Shown here piece after piece: positions 43,714-56,800 of a stretch of DNA of 64,000 nucleotides. The stretch spans positions 372,001 through 436,000 of the forward strand of contig JAQGDQ010000176.1 of the NCBI GenBank assembly GCA_030141605.1, in the 5' to 3' direction. The stretch's first letter is position 1. Each line of letters opens with the position of its first letter. A model generated the notes under the pieces. The model ran no database searches and was not told the origin of the DNA. It saw nothing but the letters and a program-made list of their open reading frames with translations. This DNA is from Tubiluchus corallicola. Lineage: Eukaryota; Animalia; Priapulida. The position numbers and the translations under genes were made by a program.

Positions 43714-44324
43714 CTAAACAAGCAAAAAAATTATTTCTCCTGGTAAAAGCTGTACAAAATACCAAGTGATTCTAAAAATATTCTGTGCATGAGATAATAT
43801 ATGTAAAAGCAAATTCAATAATCAACAGCTTAGTAAGAAATGCTTGGCTCTATTACAAACATAGATAAATTGGTAATTGAAGAATATGTCTGACCAGAAT
43901 TTGAAAGACAACTATGAAAACAAACGTTTGAGAACAGGAGTTATTCTGTTACACAGGGTTATTAGACAAGGCTTATTGGGCTATAATATTACACAGCACA
44001 TGCACTTTTAGTGGACTCTATCGTTGTCTTACGCATAGCAAATTATCTCGGGATGTGACAACCCACGGCAAAAAAGTAAATTAAAAATATTTATACATAT
44101 AACAGATCTAAGTTACAAGCCCAATAAATGAATCCAGGAAATTAGAAAAGCGTACTTTGAGAATTTCATCACACACACTAGACTGAAATACCAAGCAGTA
44201 AACTACAGCGTCAGTCATCTCGGAAAAAAACACTTTTTAAGCAGTTATAATTAGACACCAAACCTTGAACAGACCTTGAAGAATGAAGATTTAGGAAAAA
44301 AGATAGCAAAGACTTAAAGCTAAA

Positions 44325-44545
44325 TACTTACCAATTAATACCGCTTTCTTATATTATAAAATCTCGTAAAATATTCTCTTGTCCGCACTTTTCAACAAAG
44401 CTCTTCGTATAAAAACGCGATTATGGCGTGAACAGGATGTCGATCCTTTTATAACCCTAAGATTTCAGCCAATCAGCAAAGCTGACGTTTTACTTGTTCT
44501 ATTATTAGCAGCCACATCATGCGGAACATTCGAGACCAATCCGCC
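44325..44545 (-). promoter_or_regulatory. Polyubiquitin promoter and non-coding exon 1
   Basis: Minus-strand donor TTG|GTAAGT at about 44331, TATAAAA at 44453-44447, CCAAT boxes (44469, 44536), TGACGT (44483) and an HSE-like gGAAc-aTTCg-aGACc (44523-44537). Confidence 0.7.
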
Positions 44546-44840
44546 AACTTCTCAGCTGTTGCCGAGTTCTGTTATTGACTGCCAGTAAATTTCTTAGTGT
44601 GAACAAGAGTGCATGACTTTGCACTTCTTATCAGATTTGCCTTTATGTTGAACCGTCTGAACTCGTCTTGAAATAAAGAAGTTGCAAACGCACTGCGTAT
44701 TAAACGTCAAATGAACTGCTGGTGCTCCAACTTTCAGTTAATAAGCAAAATTTCGCAGCTGTTACCTCATGTTACATGTTTCGTTGCTATTCGTTACCAC
44801 TCATGCTTCATTACCAATTTGCCTTTGATCCACTTTATTA

Positions 44841-45585
44841 GGGTACGTGACATTTGAGCACGGCCATTAGAGTTCGGAACATTTGGGCACGGCCACTTGG
44901 GCATGAGACATTACGGCACGAGACACTTGCATGGGCACTAACAAAATTTGATGTATCTTATTTTTTATTTTGTTTATATACTTTTTAATAATTCACAATT
45001 TTTTTAACTGTTATAATATTTAATAACACGATTAAAAACCAGTTAATTGCCTTTCTACACTTTCTCCACTTTCAGTATTCGCCTATGTGTAGTTTTTAAA
45101 GGCATGTCAGTAACATGAACAGTGAGATTTAGTTGTTCAATATTAGCAATGCTTATTTCAAGCGAGCCGACGATAACCTAACGTTTACGTGTATTCATTG
45201 AGCGCTTGGTGTATCAGCTGCTTATTCGAAAGAAAGCAGATCAATTAATGACAAAACATGTTTAATACATAATTATCACGCACTTTCAAGATTAAGGTTC
45301 TTTACGGCATCTCTTGTGAAATGCATCATTTCCTTCTGCGTTCAGCAGCAGAGTTTTTTACGCATGGCGAGTATTTTAGTTATTCCTAATGTCAATAACA
45401 TGATCGTAATTCACGAAATAACACAATTATTCACGAAAATAATTTTTTTATTTGCTTTCAAAAACATTAGGTAAATTTCAAAAATTAACAGATATGTAAG
45501 CAAACGAACTATAGACATCGCGTTTTGCAGCGCAACACAGAAATTATTTTCTTGCACAAGCACAGCGTCCAAATGACCTGTCCCC
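44841..45585. mobile_element. Degenerate MULE-like non-autonomous element
   Basis: Ends GGGTACGTGACATTTG versus reverse-complement GGGGACAGGTCATTTG. Flanks ACTTTATTA and ACCTTATTG match at 7/9, a possible 9-bp TSD. Subterminal repeats of CA(T/C)TTG(A/G)GCACG. Confidence 0.5.
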
Positions 45586-45597
45586 ACCTTATTGTTA

Positions 45598-46397
45598 TCT
45601 ATACTCTTATATTAATATTCTTGGTATATATATATATATATATATATAAGATTCGAGGCTACAGCTTCGACGAGGGCACCATTTGCGGCGATCTATACAT
45701 CAAACGAAAGGTCTCAATCTAGTGTCGTCTCATTGATGGTTTATTTTTCGAATCGGGCCCACCGGGAGGAACGGGGGCGAAAAACCTCCAAAAATGGCCA
45801 TTTTTCGGCCGTTTTTTGCAAAAGTTATACGGCTGAGATGTAGAGAACGGGAACGGGTCGAGGCTGGTGCTGGGTACGGATAGATAGCCCGTTCAGCGGT
45901 GGGTGTCATAGGCCTATTTAGAATTCGCTAGAGGATCACGGCGTCCCGCAACGGGCGTTTTCCCGGACCCAACTCGCGATTTTTTCGAAATTTTGACCAA
46001 ACAGCCTGCGGAAAAAACGTTCTGGTAGTGCCTGATGGGACTCTCGGAAGGAGATATACGGCTCATCAGAAAGAGGAAGAACGGGGCTACACGATGATAT
46101 GAGCTATATTTTAGGGCAGGTCCACCGAGAGGAATACTGGCGAGTTAATTAGATGCTCTATTTTCGGCAATTTTCGCTTAGAAAACTGCTGACGCAAAGC
46201 CATTGTTGTGACGTCATCCATTGTATTCTGTCCATAATCTTATAACTTTAATTCATAGGCTTTGCGTTAGGTAAGTAAACAAACAGTAGGCAGGATGTTA
46301 CGGGCTTTGTGTTATAAATGAGGACTAGGTAGGATGTTCGCGTATTATTGATTCTACGTGTATTTATACGCAAAATCTTTTGCGGGGCCTTTGCTAG
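45598..46397 (+). mobile_element. Non-autonomous Helitron, copy 1
   Basis: 5' end A|TCTATAC, a (TA)n tract, a 3' hairpin CGCAAA-ATCT-TTTGCG, then GGGCCTTTG-CTAG|T, with no TSD. Homologous to 59216-60181. Confidence 0.85.
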
Positions 46398-48249
46398 TAA
46401 TGTTATTATTTTACTTCTTAACACTTGCCTTTTGGGCCTAAGCACGACTAGTGCAGCTCTTAATTGAGAGAATTTGCAAGTGAATCAGGCACTGTGAAGG
46501 AAAAAGTCGTATTTACCAGTTCTGTGTGTCGTTTTTGATATGTGGAGAATAGGACTAGAATTCAAACTAACAAACTTTCAACTAGGATTCTTGGGAATGT
46601 TGTTGCAACATAGTTTCATGACAGTTTTGCATTTATGTGCATGCTGTATGCGGTTTTATAAAATTAATCTAATAAAAAAGGCTTATATTTTCTTTAAATT
46701 TACCTTACTTGTAATATACTATACGTGCGTGTGTACGTACTTTCTGAGACTTGTCATCAGTGTGCATAAATGAATCTCGTATAATAAGTGCATTGGTATG
46801 ACGTATATACATGCGGGATATTATTTGGAGATAATTTAAAAAAACGTCAGTGATTGTGTGATTACAACATTTCATTATAACATAAGAAGAAAATAACATC
46901 ATGTTAGTCAAGGTGACTGACTATATTATGAGTTAACCAAACTTGAACGTAATGAATAGTCTTCAATCTTGGATGATGCTCTCTGTGAGTGGAGTGTAAT
47001 TATAGTGCTATTGCCTCAGCAAACACTCAAATTAGATTGCATGATGTCCGATGATACTGCACACTTAACCAAGACAGTTTTTATGTCCAATTCAGCTTTT
47101 AGAACATTCTAGGGGCATATCGTTCATTGTTGTTTTAAACGAAGAATTTTTGCCTATACTCCTAGCAGAATGTTTGATCAGATTCAGATTCTTTATGTTT
47201 TTCCCATAATAGTTAGTGTCAAAATAAAGTAAATATTATCTTGTAGAAAGGGAAAAGGGTGGTAAAGATCTGAAATACTTGATCACGAACTTTGTTTGAT
47301 TTTGCTTTTACGAATTGTGACTGTTGCCTACTGTTCCTAAAAACATGTAATTTAGAACATTGGATTAATTATCATAACCTTAATGTCATTATTATCATTA
47401 TTAATGGTACAAACCCACAAGTAATTAAATTTTCGCCATCATCTTAAATATACCCATCAGGTCTATAACTGCACACACTGCCAGAATTTACTTCGATCCT
47501 ACCACAGATGGCGAAACTTTCTTTATTGTGTGTCATGGCGGTTCATCGTGCTTCAGAAGCTCGTGGTTCACACAGTATAATCATAGAATTAGTGGGCTAG
47601 ATCCATGGTATTATTCTATGGGTTTTGTGACTTTCAATATAAATTGAAGTAAATCTTCTTGTCAGTGCGCACTTGTTAGCAAAAATACTGGGTAGATTGC
47701 AGTTTAGGTGGTTCTTTTTTAAGGCACTCTCACATCGCCTAAATCAGAAATACCGCTGAAAGCAGCACTGCAATAGAAAGATGCATCCTTTACCTGCACA
47801 ATTATGTAAAGAAAAGTTGAAACATACCTCCTATTTATAAAAAAAATAATTTTAAAAAACTTGCTGTTAGCGTCGCGAGAACTGACTAAGAGTAAGATTG
47901 AGGAATTTCATGAAATGTTTTCATTTGGAAGTTAGCAGAGAGCGATATTTTTATCTACTATTGCGCCAGGAAATCTCTTTACAACGCTTCACAGAAAAAG
48001 AGCTTGCGGCAAATTTTCTCAATGTACGTGCCAGTTTACAGCATCTGCTGGTGTCAGTATGTGGCGTACTCTACCAGCGTTGTTTTGTAATTTTTGTTTC
48101 TCTTTCGAAATGGGACTCAAACAACAAAGCAGGGATGAGGTTTATACAATAAAATGATTAATATTGGAACATACGATAATTTCAAGCTTTATACAGTACA
48201 AAAAAGGTGACTGTACGAAGATTGTTACTTAGTTAGTTTACTATCTAAG

Positions 48250-48385
48250 CTAGTCAGTTAGTCGGTCAGTTAGTTTTGGCGAGTTTGCGGTATGGCAGGT
48301 TGGGTTGGACAGCTTGGTGTTCTTGGCAGCTTGGAATTCTTGGCGCTTGGCATTCTTGCCAGCGTGGCATTCTTGGCAATGGAGT
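48250..48385. repeat. Short degenerate tandem repeats (about 17-bp unit)
   Basis: cttggtgttcttggcag / cttggaattcttggcg / cttggcattcttgccag / cgtggcattcttggcaa, preceded by (TAGTC/TCAGT)-type repeats. Confidence 0.65.
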
Positions 48386-48589
48386 GGGAAGGAGATAGAG
48401 TGTCGGCAGTCAAATAGAGTGTTGGGGACTGATATATGAAGGTAGTAGGATGTGAGGAGAACCACCTGAACTGCAAGTGCGGCAAAATACTCTTTTTAAT
48501 TTTATGCATAAATTCAGATAAATTTACACAGCAGTAATTTGGAATAATATCTAAAATAAATTAGCTCAGTTGACATTCCTGGGTTCTTG

Positions 48590-49660
48590 GCTTAGCTTAT
48601 TAGATGCACATAATGCATTTTACCTACTTCGACGTTGTTTCTCTTTTCCAAAATTGGTCCACATTTTGAGATCTTCACCTGTTTTCCAATCTGTTGTACT
48701 TAGCCATTAGTCATTTTCCAATCTGACGAAAAGACAAGACTTAATTCAAACATTTCGTATCCTTAAAGGTACAGAAACCATCAACACCAAAATATTTTTC
48801 CACCGATAGACATCGTGGTACCAGAGGTCACTCCTACAAAACTAAGAAGAGAATAGTTCCCAGAAGGAGGGGTACATTTGCAATGCGAGTAATTAATGAA
48901 TGAAAGATGCTGCCTGACACTGTAGTTCATAGTTCAAGCCTCTAAGGACTTTAATAAAGTAAACAAGGAAGAGTGGAGAGGTCCATAAGCTATTATACTT
49001 AGCCTCTATCCTTCAACGGTAACGTTGAAGGTAATAATAATTATGATTTTGTTCTTCGTTAAACTCTTCAGACCATACTAAATAATAAATATTCATATGT
49101 CTGATTCAGTTTGGCTATAAGCTTCCTTGTTAGTTTCCAAAGGTTGTCTTGATATAAGAAGTTCCACCCAGCTATCTCTTCCTGCCTTTCTTGCATTAGT
49201 TAGTGATTCTGCTTCTTTAGTACACGAAATCTTTTCTAGAGTTCACACCTCTACTTATACTGTATTAGATTTAGCAAAATCTGGGCAGAAAAAGTATAAG
49301 CGTCTGTTTCGACTTTACCTGATTCAACTTCCCAAAAATTTTGGGACAAATGTCTAGTCGAAGCATCTTTTGATAGTTTGTTTGCCTGGACTTCTTCAGA
49401 AGTTGATAAAGCACAGCTATTGGCAATATCTTCTAGTCATGCTGGTGCATGGCTTAAGGCCGTACCTATCCCTTCATTGGGTCTGCATTTGGATGATAGT
49501 CAAATGCGTATTGCTGCAGCACTTCGATTGGTTGCATGTATTTCTCATCAATGCAAATGTGGAACTTATGTAGATAGTTCGGGGGGTCTGTAGCCTAAGT
49601 TGTTTCAAAAGCAGTGGTCGGTTTTCAAGACAGCAGGCTGCCAAAGATTTTATTTGTCGT
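48590..49660 (+). mobile_element. Degenerate CRE-clade-like non-LTR retrotransposon fragment, interrupted by a CR1-like 3' end
   Basis: Reads LDAHNAFYLLRRCFSFPKLVHILRSSP, then LSLPAFLA and HAGAWLKAVPIPSLGLHLDDSQMRIAAALRL..HQCKCG..LSCFKSSGRFSR, with stops and frameshifts. Confidence 0.75.
48720..49043 (+). mobile_element. CR1-like LINE 3' end
   Basis: Reads DLIQTFRILKG...RGTRGHSYK...RVINE..MLPDTVVHSSSL, then a short UTR and a (TAA)n tail. Confidence 0.75.
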
Positions 49661-50739
49661 GAAAAGCTTGAAGAAATTATTAACCTCCTTCAATATTAAT
49701 ATTTCACTTTGTTGACCTCCTATCCTTGATTGTAGCAAAAATCTCAATTTTCAGGCGATTACTTAATGATAAAAACATTAATAACATATCTATCTTGCCA
49801 CTATTTAAAATTTGCTGCTCTTTTTTAGATTGTAATAATACTTATAATATTGTATTTATTGTCAGATAATTGTACAGTTTTTTATTTATGTTTTCAAACA
49901 TTCTGTAGAATGTACAGTAATGTGTATTAAAGTATGAAATATATTTATTTGAAAAACTTAGCAAAAATCTAGTTATGACTAACAGTAATTTTAAATGTGA
50001 ATTTTCAGCAAAGAATCGTACAAGCACTGAAGCAGAACTTTAGTTTTATAAAGAGCAGTTTTGCTGCTACTTTTGCAGCGGGCGCTTCAGCTAAATGACA
50101 TTTTTGCAACACACATTTTATTGTTGATTATGTATGTTAGTCAATATACATTATAATATCATTATTGGCTTGGCTGCAGGGCATTTGAATGTAGGAAACT
50201 TGTAGGAATATAGAATACAAGTATAAGTAAGTTTTCTACCGTCAACAAGAAGAATTGCTACTGGTACTGTTCCGGCATAAAACGGTGCGGAAGGGCAATA
50301 TAATAGCAGTACTGGTGCTAGGATGAAGAAATCCCACCGAGTTTTAATCAATATTATAATCACGTCAAATGAAATCTGCTGTGTTTATAGCAGATGTATA
50401 ACCACAGAAATAGGACAGGTCATCACTAGAAGTTATGATTTGGTCAAAAAAACAAACGAATTAAGAAAGAAACACTAAGAAGCAGTAGTTTTTAAATTTT
50501 TTAAGACTGTTGCCGTGAAACAATTAATTTTCTTTTAACTTAAGTAATGCACATGTGAGTGTCCACGGAAAATCGACCATTTGCAACACATTAATTATAA
50601 AGCAATCGCTGATTTTCCAAAAAAGGTTTTTTCAGTTTTGGTATAAAACACATTTATGATATCTACACTTCAGTAAAAATTAAAGATAAACTGTTAATAA
50701 ACTTATTAATTTTTTTATGACCTACCTTGTGAGAACTCT

Positions 50740-51095
50740 AGGCTCATCACTCAGAGTCACAAAGTGCTTTAGAACAATTTCACCAGACACTCATGATTAT
50801 AGTACATTGTTTAGAAAATCAAAAAGACCAGGATGCAGTTGTTACTGTTTGTTGTGCGAGAGAGTGTCCAAGGTTCTCTATGTTCTGGCCTGTGTTTGGA
50901 CAGTGGACACTCTGTACGAAAGCTCTTGCAACTTTTTTAAAAGAAAAATGGATTTGTGTTAACACTGGACTTAATCATTTGGACTACATTTCTGACTTTC
51001 AATAAAAATTAACTTGAGCTTGTGCCATTGCTAAGAAAAATTTGGCAAAATGAAAAGTTGGTACGACAAAAAGGAAAGAACAAGAGTTTTCATCT
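50740..51095 (+). mobile_element. Gypsy/Ty3 LTR-retrotransposon integrase C-terminal relic
   Basis: Reads ESQSALEQFHQTL..CLENQKD, LKEKW..NHLDYISDF and ACAIAKKNL...WYDKKERTR.F. This resembles the HPESQGALERFHQTLK...WYDKK segment of Gypsy integrases, with stops and frameshifts. Confidence 0.7.
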
Positions 51096-51193
51096 GCATT
51101 TTAGTATATAGTATGCCAAACATTTACATTTACTGTATTTGGTTTTTGTTTTAGTGAGAAGTGACAAGTCAGTGAACATTAATCAGGAATAAA

Positions 51194-52282
51194 ATGGCTT
51201 GCCATCTTGACACCACAGATGCTGAGTTGGGATTTCTGGAACGCACTGCTTCATGGAAATTAACCAGTAAATACTTTCCCAGTAAACTAGGAGGAAAACC
51301 AGCTTGGCTTGCCTTGAAAAGTCTGCCAGATTCTAGCACACTTAAATGCAAAAGTTGTGGTAAGCCTAGTGTGTTTCTGTTGCAAATATATGCTCCAATT
51401 GAAGAAAATGAAGAGTGCTTTCACAGGACACTATTCGTGTTTGTGTGCAAAGACGCATCTTGCTATAAACAAAATAATAACAGCAACGTCATCGTTTTAC
51501 GATCACAACTGCCACGTAAAAATGATTATTATCCCTTTGAACCACCCAATCTGGATAGTCCTCCAGAAATCACATATAATAATATTATTTCCACTTGTGT
51601 TGTATGTGGATGTGTTGGAGCAAAGTCCTGCTCTGCGTGCCATAAAGTTAAGTATTGTGGCAAGGATCATCAAATATTAGACTGGAAAGCTGGACACAAA
51701 CAAGCCTGCAAAAAACTCAGCAAAAGTGATGAAAAAATCGTGGATTCCTCTATAGCTAGTGAAAAACTACTTTTTCCAGAATTGGAAATTGTCATTGAAC
51801 CAGAAGATTATCCTGCAACAGACAAACGTGAACAGACTAATGATGAAGAAATGCATAATTATGAAAAATATATGTCAATGGAAGCTCCACAGCTTCAGAA
51901 TAATTCGGCGGTAGAGGATGATCTCAATGAATTGGCTTTCAGTAAAAAAATGATTGACAAACAGTTTTCCGCTTTTAAGAAACGAATCGAGCATAATCCC
52001 GATCAAGTCCTGAGATATGACAAAGGAGGCAAACCACTCTGGGTGACTAGCGCTGTAGAGGCAAAACCATCTTATATACCAGTTTGCGAGTGTGGAGCAG
52101 AAAGACAATTTGAGTTTCAGATCTTACCGCAGTTGTTATGTCACTTAGGACTCGGTACAGATAGCATTACTACTGATAGTATTGATTGGGGTACCCTAGC
52201 TGTCTACACTTGCAAGGATAGTTGTAGTCTACCTGGTAAATCGTACTACATCGAATTTATTTGGAAACAAGACTATTTGTAA
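51194..52282 (+). CDS. PDCD2: Programmed cell death protein 2 (zf-MYND plus PDCD2_C), intronless CDS
   Basis: 362 aa with ELGF, FPSKLGGKPAWL, FLLQIYAP, FHRTLFVFVC, the MYND finger CVVCG..CSACH..YCGKDHQILDWKAGHK, PDQVLRY, FEFQILPQLL and IDWGTLAVYTC. An acceptor TTTTAG at about 51154 implies a 5' UTR intron. Confidence 0.96.
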   Translation: MACHLDTTDAELGFLERTASWKLTSKYFPSKLGGKPAWLALKSLPDSSTLKCKSCGKPSVFLLQIYAPIEENEECFHRTLFVFVCKDASCYKQNNNSNVIVLRSQLPRKNDYYPFEPPNLDSPPEITYNNIISTCVVCGCVGAKSCSACHKVKYCGKDHQILDWKAGHKQACKKLSKSDEKIVDSSIASEKLLFPELEIVIEPEDYPATDKREQTNDEEMHNYEKYMSMEAPQLQNNSAVEDDLNELAFSKKMIDKQFSAFKKRIEHNPDQVLRYDKGGKPLWVTSAVEAKPSYIPVCECGAERQFEFQILPQLLCHLGLGTDSITTDSIDWGTLAVYTCKDSCSLPGKSYYIEFIWKQDYL

Positions 52283-53893
52283 CAGTTGCTCTGACAGAAA
52301 AGTTAACTGATATTGTGACCAAATTTTAATCATTCTATTAATGTTCCTTTTGAGGGGAAAATCTGTCGTAAACGATTTTTTAACTAACTAAGGTGTATAC
52401 CGTACAAACTGTCTAAAAATGAACAGCAAGCAATGTTTTCTATATTTGTTTTGAGTGTCCGGAAACTAAATTTAAATTAAAAAATTCAAGAAAGCTTGTG
52501 CCTAATTTTGTATCAATGAAGAGCACCTCAACCTGTCTGGTGCAATCAATTTACTCTCCCTTAGTGCCAAACTTTGTAGTAGAGGGTTTTTTAATTTACC
52601 CAAATGCGAGGTGGTGTAATATTGATGTACAAATTCGGTGAAAATTATTTTACACTGGTTAACCAAGTCATGATGGATGGCTAAAAGGAAGGGTCCAGAC
52701 CTCCTTTCAGTCCTCTATATCCATTGGTGCAAATCATACATCACTACTGCACAAGTACTTGCAGTGTCACTTATTTAGAAGCTGACGTTTAAACAAAACG
52801 TGTTAAAGTTACTTTATCACTCTAGTTATTACTCCTTGCAGTATTTTCTACTGTTTTAGGCCTCCTTCTTGAGAGTAGTGTCAGCATAGTTGTGAATATA
52901 ACTAGCATATCATAAACATTTTTGTACAGAACTACATATCATCTAAATAAACAATTAATCATAATCGGAAGGAGTTAAAATTTGTAGGCTGATCTAAAAA
53001 AACAAAACAGTCCCGTTAAAATGTTTCCTAAATTATTGGCAAAATCGAGCCCCTTAACATTAGGTGATTATGCCACTATAACACTGGGTGATAAGTGCTA
53101 TAATATGTAACACCATTTTATGAAGTCTGACCCACATATTTTGTAAGCCTCATCATGTGTTTATGTGTACTTCGCTTCAGTTATAAATGTTTTCATTGTG
53201 AAGAAGTTCCTTTTCAAACATTTTTTACGTTAGATTTTAGCTTTATTGCTACAAAACTTTTGTAAAAAAAAATTGTGTAGCTTCTTGCTGTTTCCCTCTT
53301 ACACTAAAATAATATAATTTAATTGATTTTCCAATTATAGTGAAAAAATATGTATAGTCACTTTCAAAGATATAAAATTTGAAACACTTTATTTACAACA
53401 TAAATGTCAGTCGTCAAAAACATTAATCAAAATTTACGATAACTTCAGCACAAGATCAATCATTTTAACGAACCCCATCACTATTATCATGTATCATCAT
53501 TACCAAGCAACTAAAGCAAGAATGTGTGCTAAAACAGAGCGGGGTATAAGAATTCCTTGTGTGGCTGAAAGAAGCAACAATGCACATCAATTTTCACATT
53601 TATCGAAAAGCAATATAACTTCACAAACAAAATGTATACAGTTTTCACATAAATAAATAACAAATGTGTATTTGAGGCCTGTGCACAGGAAAATTTGGGG
53701 AAAATGAACAATGACACATATTATGTTATTATACGTTATGCCCAGAGGCAATGTGTAAAAAAGTTACAGGAAGAGATATCAGGTGTCTGATGTAACATCC
53801 AGTTGTCTAAACAGTAAATGTAGAAATCTGCAAGATGTCACTCTTCACACATCGCATTGTATTCTAGATATTATCTAGCTTTAATTATTTATG

Positions 53894-56800
53894 TTATTGA
53901 CGATTTCCGGGCAGCTCAAAAACCGTCATGTCATCATCGTCATCATCATTAACATCTAGTGGTGTCATTTCTTGATCTGTAGCTGTTGCTTTTAGTAAAC
54001 CATACTTTTTGGTTCTCCCCTTTGATCTGTTTAACCTACAAATAAGTGAAAGTATTAAAATGATTTCTTCTTTCAATTGGCTAATCAATGGCACCATTGA
54101 GCAACACGAATAAAAAATATTAAAGACTTTTAAACAAAATGTGAGACTAAATTAAAGCATAATATAGAAAATGTTGTTATTGTAGCATTTTAGCACCAAT
54201 ATGAATTTACATGTACTGCATCTGCTACTGACTACTACTGAACAATTGTCCTACTTGTTAATCTGGCTCCGACTAAATTAGGAGCTAAGGTCTAGGTCTA
54301 ACCCAACATAGCGAAAACTGTCCAGATTGTAAAAGCTGTTTGCGGTTTATTCTTTGCTAAATGGCCAGAAAGTCCATATATTATGCAACAGTAAAGAATA
54401 TTCAGGATCTTTGGTGCAAAGTTTGAAAAAATACCTCTATATTACGCTTTTTACAGAGTTATAAAGCAAGAATAATAATGAAATAAAGTTGTAGGTTCTC
54501 AACAAGTGCTATCTGAAAAATGTTTAAATGAAAGAAGATTTGAGAGAAAATAATAACTAGTTGACAATGTTTCTGACGTGGTCAGAAACTGCAGATTTTG
54601 CAACAATAGTTATAAAATTGGGTCTTAAAAATGAGGAGATGACAGTTTTTCTTGAAAGTGCTTATTTCCTTTTATTGAATCCACCTTGCTTGAATACATG
54701 GGAAGTGCATTTCACAATGAAACCTCTGCATTTAACTGTTCAGCCCATCACCCACGGGTCAAAGGTCAACCAATCTTGGCATAACTATATCATTCAGTTT
54801 GCCTCACTGAGACCTTTCATTTGATACACAACAAGCTATGGTAGACCCTGGAAAGCATTTGTCTCCTTGACTCCTATTTTGCCCCTAATGGGGTCACAGG
54901 GTAACGATTTACATTGTGATCTGTACCATTTGATTTGCCTCATCAAGACCTTTCATTTGATGTGCTACAAGATACCATTGCTCAACACTTCGTGCACTTC
55001 AGTTCCCGAACTTCGTTTTTCGGTTTTTGCCCCCTAGCGGGGTTGCGGATTAGCTATTCTCGTTTTAACCTGTGCCAATCGATCTGCCTCATTGAGACCT
55101 TTCATTTGATATGCTACAAGGTACCACTGCTCAACAGTCTGTCCACTTCTGTTCCCGACCTCCATTTTTCAGTTTTTGCCACCAAATTTTGCTAAACGCG
55201 TGCGTCCCTAGCAAGGCCACAACACCACCTAGCAACATACCAAATATTGTGACCCTAGCTGAAAAACTGTGGGAGCAGATGGACCATAAAGAAAAATAAA
55301 TGAAGACCCGCTCGCTCCTTGACCTTTGACCCGACAACTCTGGTCACGTGTATACGTAGATTGCTTCGCCCAGAGAGTGTACCCAGTGAGTTTTGTGTCC
55401 CTAGCTCTCAGCATGTAAAACGTCAGTAATTGGGGGGCCCATATTTTGCATTTTGGCTTCTCTGTCGGACATTTAAAACTTGGGAGTTTGATGACCCTAG
55501 CTTGCAAGGCTCACGAGTTATTAAGCGTTAAAGTGGCGGAGAATAAATAAGATTAAAAATAAATAACTTAACGAAAAACAGTAAGATTTTGCTATCTTAA
55601 TTTTTAGATTTAGTCTTGGGTTAAATTTAAAATTATACACGGTAGGGCCTCGATTAACAGGAAAGTCCAGTTCTGAGAAGTCAAAAAGCCTTGATAATCA
55701 TACTTACCAAAATTTTGCTCAAAATGTAGGACAATTTTTGCAATACTAAATGCAGAAGCAATAGAAAAGTATGTTGTTTTTTACTAGTGATTTTAGCTGC
55801 ACGAGTTCCTCTACGTTTCACAAAAAATAAAAATAATGTTAGTGCTTAATGAACACATAACCACAGCAGGGACGACCGATCATGGAAAATCCTGATTCCG
55901 ATTATTGCTGTCCACCCAATCCCGGTATCCAGTCATGCCCGATTGCCAATTATTCCTACCCTAAACCTTTTATCAGTTATTACAGCATGAGGTACTACGT
56001 GCCTTGCTTAAAACTACTGTTTCATTTGTTGGCTTGATATGATTTGACATTTATATCTTTTCACTTTGACAGCCGTTTCTTTGCTCCTCAGCTTAATTTG
56101 TCACTAGAAGTTCTTCTGTTAGCTTTAAGTTAGTTTAACTACAAAAGTGGCTAATTCGTTAACCTACGTGACTTTTTACCGCCCTTTCTCTATGTACTTG
56201 ATGTTTATTGTGTATAATTACAAGATCTTAATCTGAATGTGAAATATGCTAGTTTTCTATTAAATGTATAATGCACTTGAAAATTTTTGCTCTCTAAAAA
56301 ATATAAGGCAAGCTAGACATTTATTTAAAAGAAAAAAAATGTTAGAGGAAGAATTTTATATGCGAATTACAAACAGATGTGCAGTGTGCAAATCAGCAAA
56401 GTTCTTTGTAAGTACTTCGTGATAACTACTAGTTATAACACAGCACATGAAAACTCAGGAATATGAATAAAAGCGAAATTTAGCATTAGGCCGGCCATAA
56501 AAAAATTGTTTCTGTCTTACCTCACGAGCTCAATTTTTAAAGCTGAATGGTGGAATATTTAAAATCAATTGAAATCAAAGTATGTTTATTTCCCACTGAT
56601 TAGCAGTAATGTTTAAATTTTTCAATACACTTTTTTTCATGCTTCGTTATTAGTTTCGCATTACTAAATTATCATATAATTATCGATTATTGAATAGTCT
56701 CTTTTTTGTATCATGAACGTTCTGATAATTATGATATAAGTGGCAACATTACTCGGCTGTTAATACAACAATATGGAGGAAATTCGATACTTTTTAGCCT

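Noticed and set aside
46398-46451. Second Helitron-like 3' end (…GCACGACTAG|T) just after copy 1
   Set aside because: There is no convincing hairpin and no second copy in the window to confirm it.
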